64,000 bases of DNA from Phoronis australis. Its lineage: Eukaryota; Animalia; Phoronida. Location: the NCBI GenBank assembly GCA_002633005.1, contig NMRA01000025.1, positions 1,354,390-1,418,389 on the forward strand. The letters run 5' to 3'. The position numbers were made by a program, and so were the translations under genes. The notes below the pieces were generated by a model that saw only the letters and a program-made list of their open reading frames with translations, did not search any database and had not been told where the DNA came from. Positions 61,392 through 64,000 of this stretch are shown here, one piece after another. Each line of letters begins with the position of its first letter. The first letter of the stretch is position 1.

Positions 61392-63620
61392 TTTACGGTA
61401 AATTCAAAATGTCACAAAATTGGGATTGAATTAAAGCGTTGAGGTATACGAGTCATGCGAGAAGATGTTCATTTTAATAGAAGTATTCAAAACATTTTAT
61501 CCTCCCTCCTTTTTCCTGTACAAATCTTGGATCTGTTATGTGATAGTTGTTGCTTTGTTTCGTTAAACCTGGAGGTGAGGCATTCTTTCGTGAACTGTAG
61601 TATGTTAGAACCGTCTTGGGAACTAGCCGAACTTAAGTGGTAATGATGTGATTAACCTCAATTGAATTATCGTAAAAATAGCAAAAATGCTATCGAAAAT
61701 TGCAAGCTTTTCGGTGTGTTTAGGTGACCTGCACGGTTAACCTTAAAAGCCGCCAGCAAGGCGCGTGACAGAAAGCTTGAATGACTCTCCTCAGTCGCTC
61801 GCAAGCCTCTTCCCAACTTAGTCCGGCACCAGTTATCAAAGAGACATTTTGCTGCGCTCTTTAAATTACGAAAATTTCTATTTTGCGTGTTTTTACACCT
61901 GCTATATCCGCTGATAAGAAAAACTATAGGGTACTGTCAAGGTGTGGGGGCTTGGTATGAACCTTCGACGAATGTGACTGTGTTGTCAAACCCATACAAA
62001 CACACTTAAACTAATTCTTTGCTTAATTATTTCAAAATTCAAGTGTCATATTCGCCGAAACAGAGTGGTAAGTTGTCCAATTTGTTAGCAGTTACTGAGT
62101 CATATAGGCGTGCCCCTTGTACACCGGAGTATAGGCCTACTACAGTACTCTCTCTACCGACAGCGTGCAATTATGATGTGACAGTTAGTCTCAGCAACTG
62201 GATGACGCCTGCTTTTCCCAATTTTATTATTTCGTTTATTACAATCTAGAGCATGTACATGAATGGGAAATGTTTGGTTGTGTGACAGCTCCTGCGTGAG
62301 GCACTGTAGGCCATTACCTTACAGGACTGTGAGAAGTTGATAACACCTGCGCTGGAGGTAGGTTATAGCAAACTGGCAATTTTTCGAAACTTAATTTATA
62401 TCTAAAATTCCCTGTTTGTAGCATTTTCGAAGTTCTCTCAGGAAAGTGAATCCGCAACTTCTTCATCTGAGGCAAGTCTGGAGCATTTAGCGTTGCAATC
62501 ACGTGACAACTCAGTCATGGGCACTCGTGACTCACAGTGACTCAACCGGCCTTGCCGTTGGTCCTAAGACAAACTAACTTACCTGGGTTTTTACTGACAT
62601 CACAATGGCGTGTGTAATTTCCATGCGTCGAATAACACGAGGTGCCCAAAATTTATTTTTCAGTGTGGGTCGCTATCTGTCCACGAGGGTCACAACTGCA
62701 GCTTGTGTCCCGCGGGTAAACTGGTTCAACACCATTGCACTGCGAACCAAGACACCGTCTGCACCCCTTGTCCAAAGGGAACGTATTCAAATGTGCCAAA
62801 CCTTTTTGACAACTGTAAACCTTGTAGGACTGAGTGTCCTAAAACGAACCGAGCTAAAAGCTTTGTTTTAAGAGATTGTACAGACACACAGGATATCATT
62901 TGTTCCTGCCGAGAAGGGCTTTGGTTTTACAGCACAGTGGGTCTCTGTCTACCGCACAGCAAGTGTCCGCCAGGATTAGATGTAATTAAAAACGGTAAGC
63001 ACTTTCTTGAAGGAAGCGCTGTTAGAATGCAAAAGTAGACGCCCGTTTTTTTGTTGTTTCTGAGAATGAAACAAATTTGAACTGACTGCAGTCCTATTGG
63101 TTTACACGTAAAACGTATAACATGATAGAATGTTTGAGTAATCGCATAGCATGTGAATTGCATCAGTACCGGCAACATTTGTGCTCGACCCTCGCTCAAT
63201 GATACGATTCTCACCAAGATGGGTGTTCATACTGATGTCATGTAATGAACTTGTTAAAGGCTTCAAAGAATAAGCTTGACGACAAAATTATTTGAACATA
63301 GCCACATAGGGATATATTTGGCAATACGTAGGAATACTCTGCATGGGCGGCGCAACATAGGGGGCTGAGGGGGGCTATAGTCCCACTTTTTTCAGGGCTG
63401 CACCGCCCATGGTCTATGAGCGGTGCACCCCAAGGGGGCTGAGAGGCTTTAGCCCCCCACTTTTTAGTGCTGCGCCACCCATGCTCTGAACAGGTGAGTT
63501 TATGTTTGTTGTGTTGCCATTTTATCAAGAATTGTATGAAATTTCTAGGTACCTCCAGTTCTGACGTAGTCTGTGGTGTCAAAAAATCATGGACAAAAGT
63601 AGAGAGTGCCACAACAGCAG
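60924..63620 (+). CDS. TNF receptor superfamily member, 5' part; join(60924..61004, 62664..62994, 63549..63620); continues beyond the window
   Basis: Exon 1 encodes MDCKCDVGYTKDLALRILVLVSFHIVT (hydrophobic, signal-like). Exon 2 has TNFR cysteine-rich repeats (CSLCPAGKLVQHHCTANQDTVCTPCPKGTYS...CKPCRTEC...CTDTQDIICSCREG...CLPHSKCPPG). Exon 3 supplies GTSSSDVVC. Phases 0 and 1 join cleanly. Confidence 0.88.
62664..62994 (+). CDS. TNFRSF-like exon 2 (cysteine-rich domains)
   Basis: tttttcag acceptor, G|gtaagc donor, typical TNFR Cys spacing. Confidence 0.92.
63342..63483 (+). mobile_element. Dimeric MITE family, copy 4 (in TNFRSF intron 2)
   Basis: Complete TIRs; flanked by ctctg on both sides. 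Confidence 0.72.
63549..63620 (+). CDS. TNFRSF-like exon 3 (GTSSSDVVC plus stalk)
   Basis: tttctag acceptor, G|gtaact donor; completes the G-T-x-x-x-D-x-x-C end of a CRD. Confidence 0.82.
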
Positions 63621-64000
63621 GTAACTTTTTTCGATGCTTGAATAAAGAATAAATAATAAACACCAATATACATTTTCCTTGTTTGTATAACATCTGTTTC
63701 GTATTTTATAGTGTGGACAATTATTATGTAAATCTAGAGAGAGAGGCTGATAATTTTTGTAAGTGGTGTCAGGAGTATCATCGATGACAAGGAAGTGTCT
63801 CAAGTCACGTGGTACTCGATCGTATCTTTGGCGAAAGTAGTCCGTCGGATTTACAGCTTCGATAAAATTTACTAAGACGTGAGCTTTTTACCCGATTTCT
63901 TGACCAAAGTCTATTTCATAAAAGCTTCAACTTTGTTTAAGTAGATCAAATGTCTATTCCGCTTATTTCAGAAGGTATTGACGCAATACAGGCTTCCTGT

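Overview
Eukaryotic (animal, probably marine-invertebrate-like; species not determinable) AT-rich genomic DNA with intron-containing genes and many DNA-transposon relics. It holds three host genes, built by hand from GT-AG splice sites with consistent phases. (1) A KCTD1/KCTD15 (tiwaz)-like BTB/POZ gene on +, with exons at 8021-8043 (tentative), 8682-8915 and 24346-24964 and a 15.4-kb intron. (2) NSRP1/CCDC55 on -, with 7 coding exons from 46995 to 35206 (410 aa). (3) The 5' part of a TNF-receptor-superfamily gene on + (60924-61004, 62664-62994, 63549-63620), with NF-kB/IRF-like motifs around exon 1. The most unusual structures are an 8.08-kb TTAA-flanked Kolobok-like element carrying two decayed, convergent, intron-containing genes that meet at an apparent internal deletion, and a 1.8-kb self-nested, partly inverted Mutator-like composite with a 9-bp TSD in NSRP1 intron 1. 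Also present are a 27-bp palindromic micro-insertion with a 7-bp TSD, several MITE families, two minisatellites, and a 1.6-kb tandem duplication that is probably an assembly (haplotype) artefact. No prokaryotic-type systems such as CRISPR are present. I found no wholly new system that I can demonstrate; the best leads are the transposon architectures and the regulatory-motif clusters.
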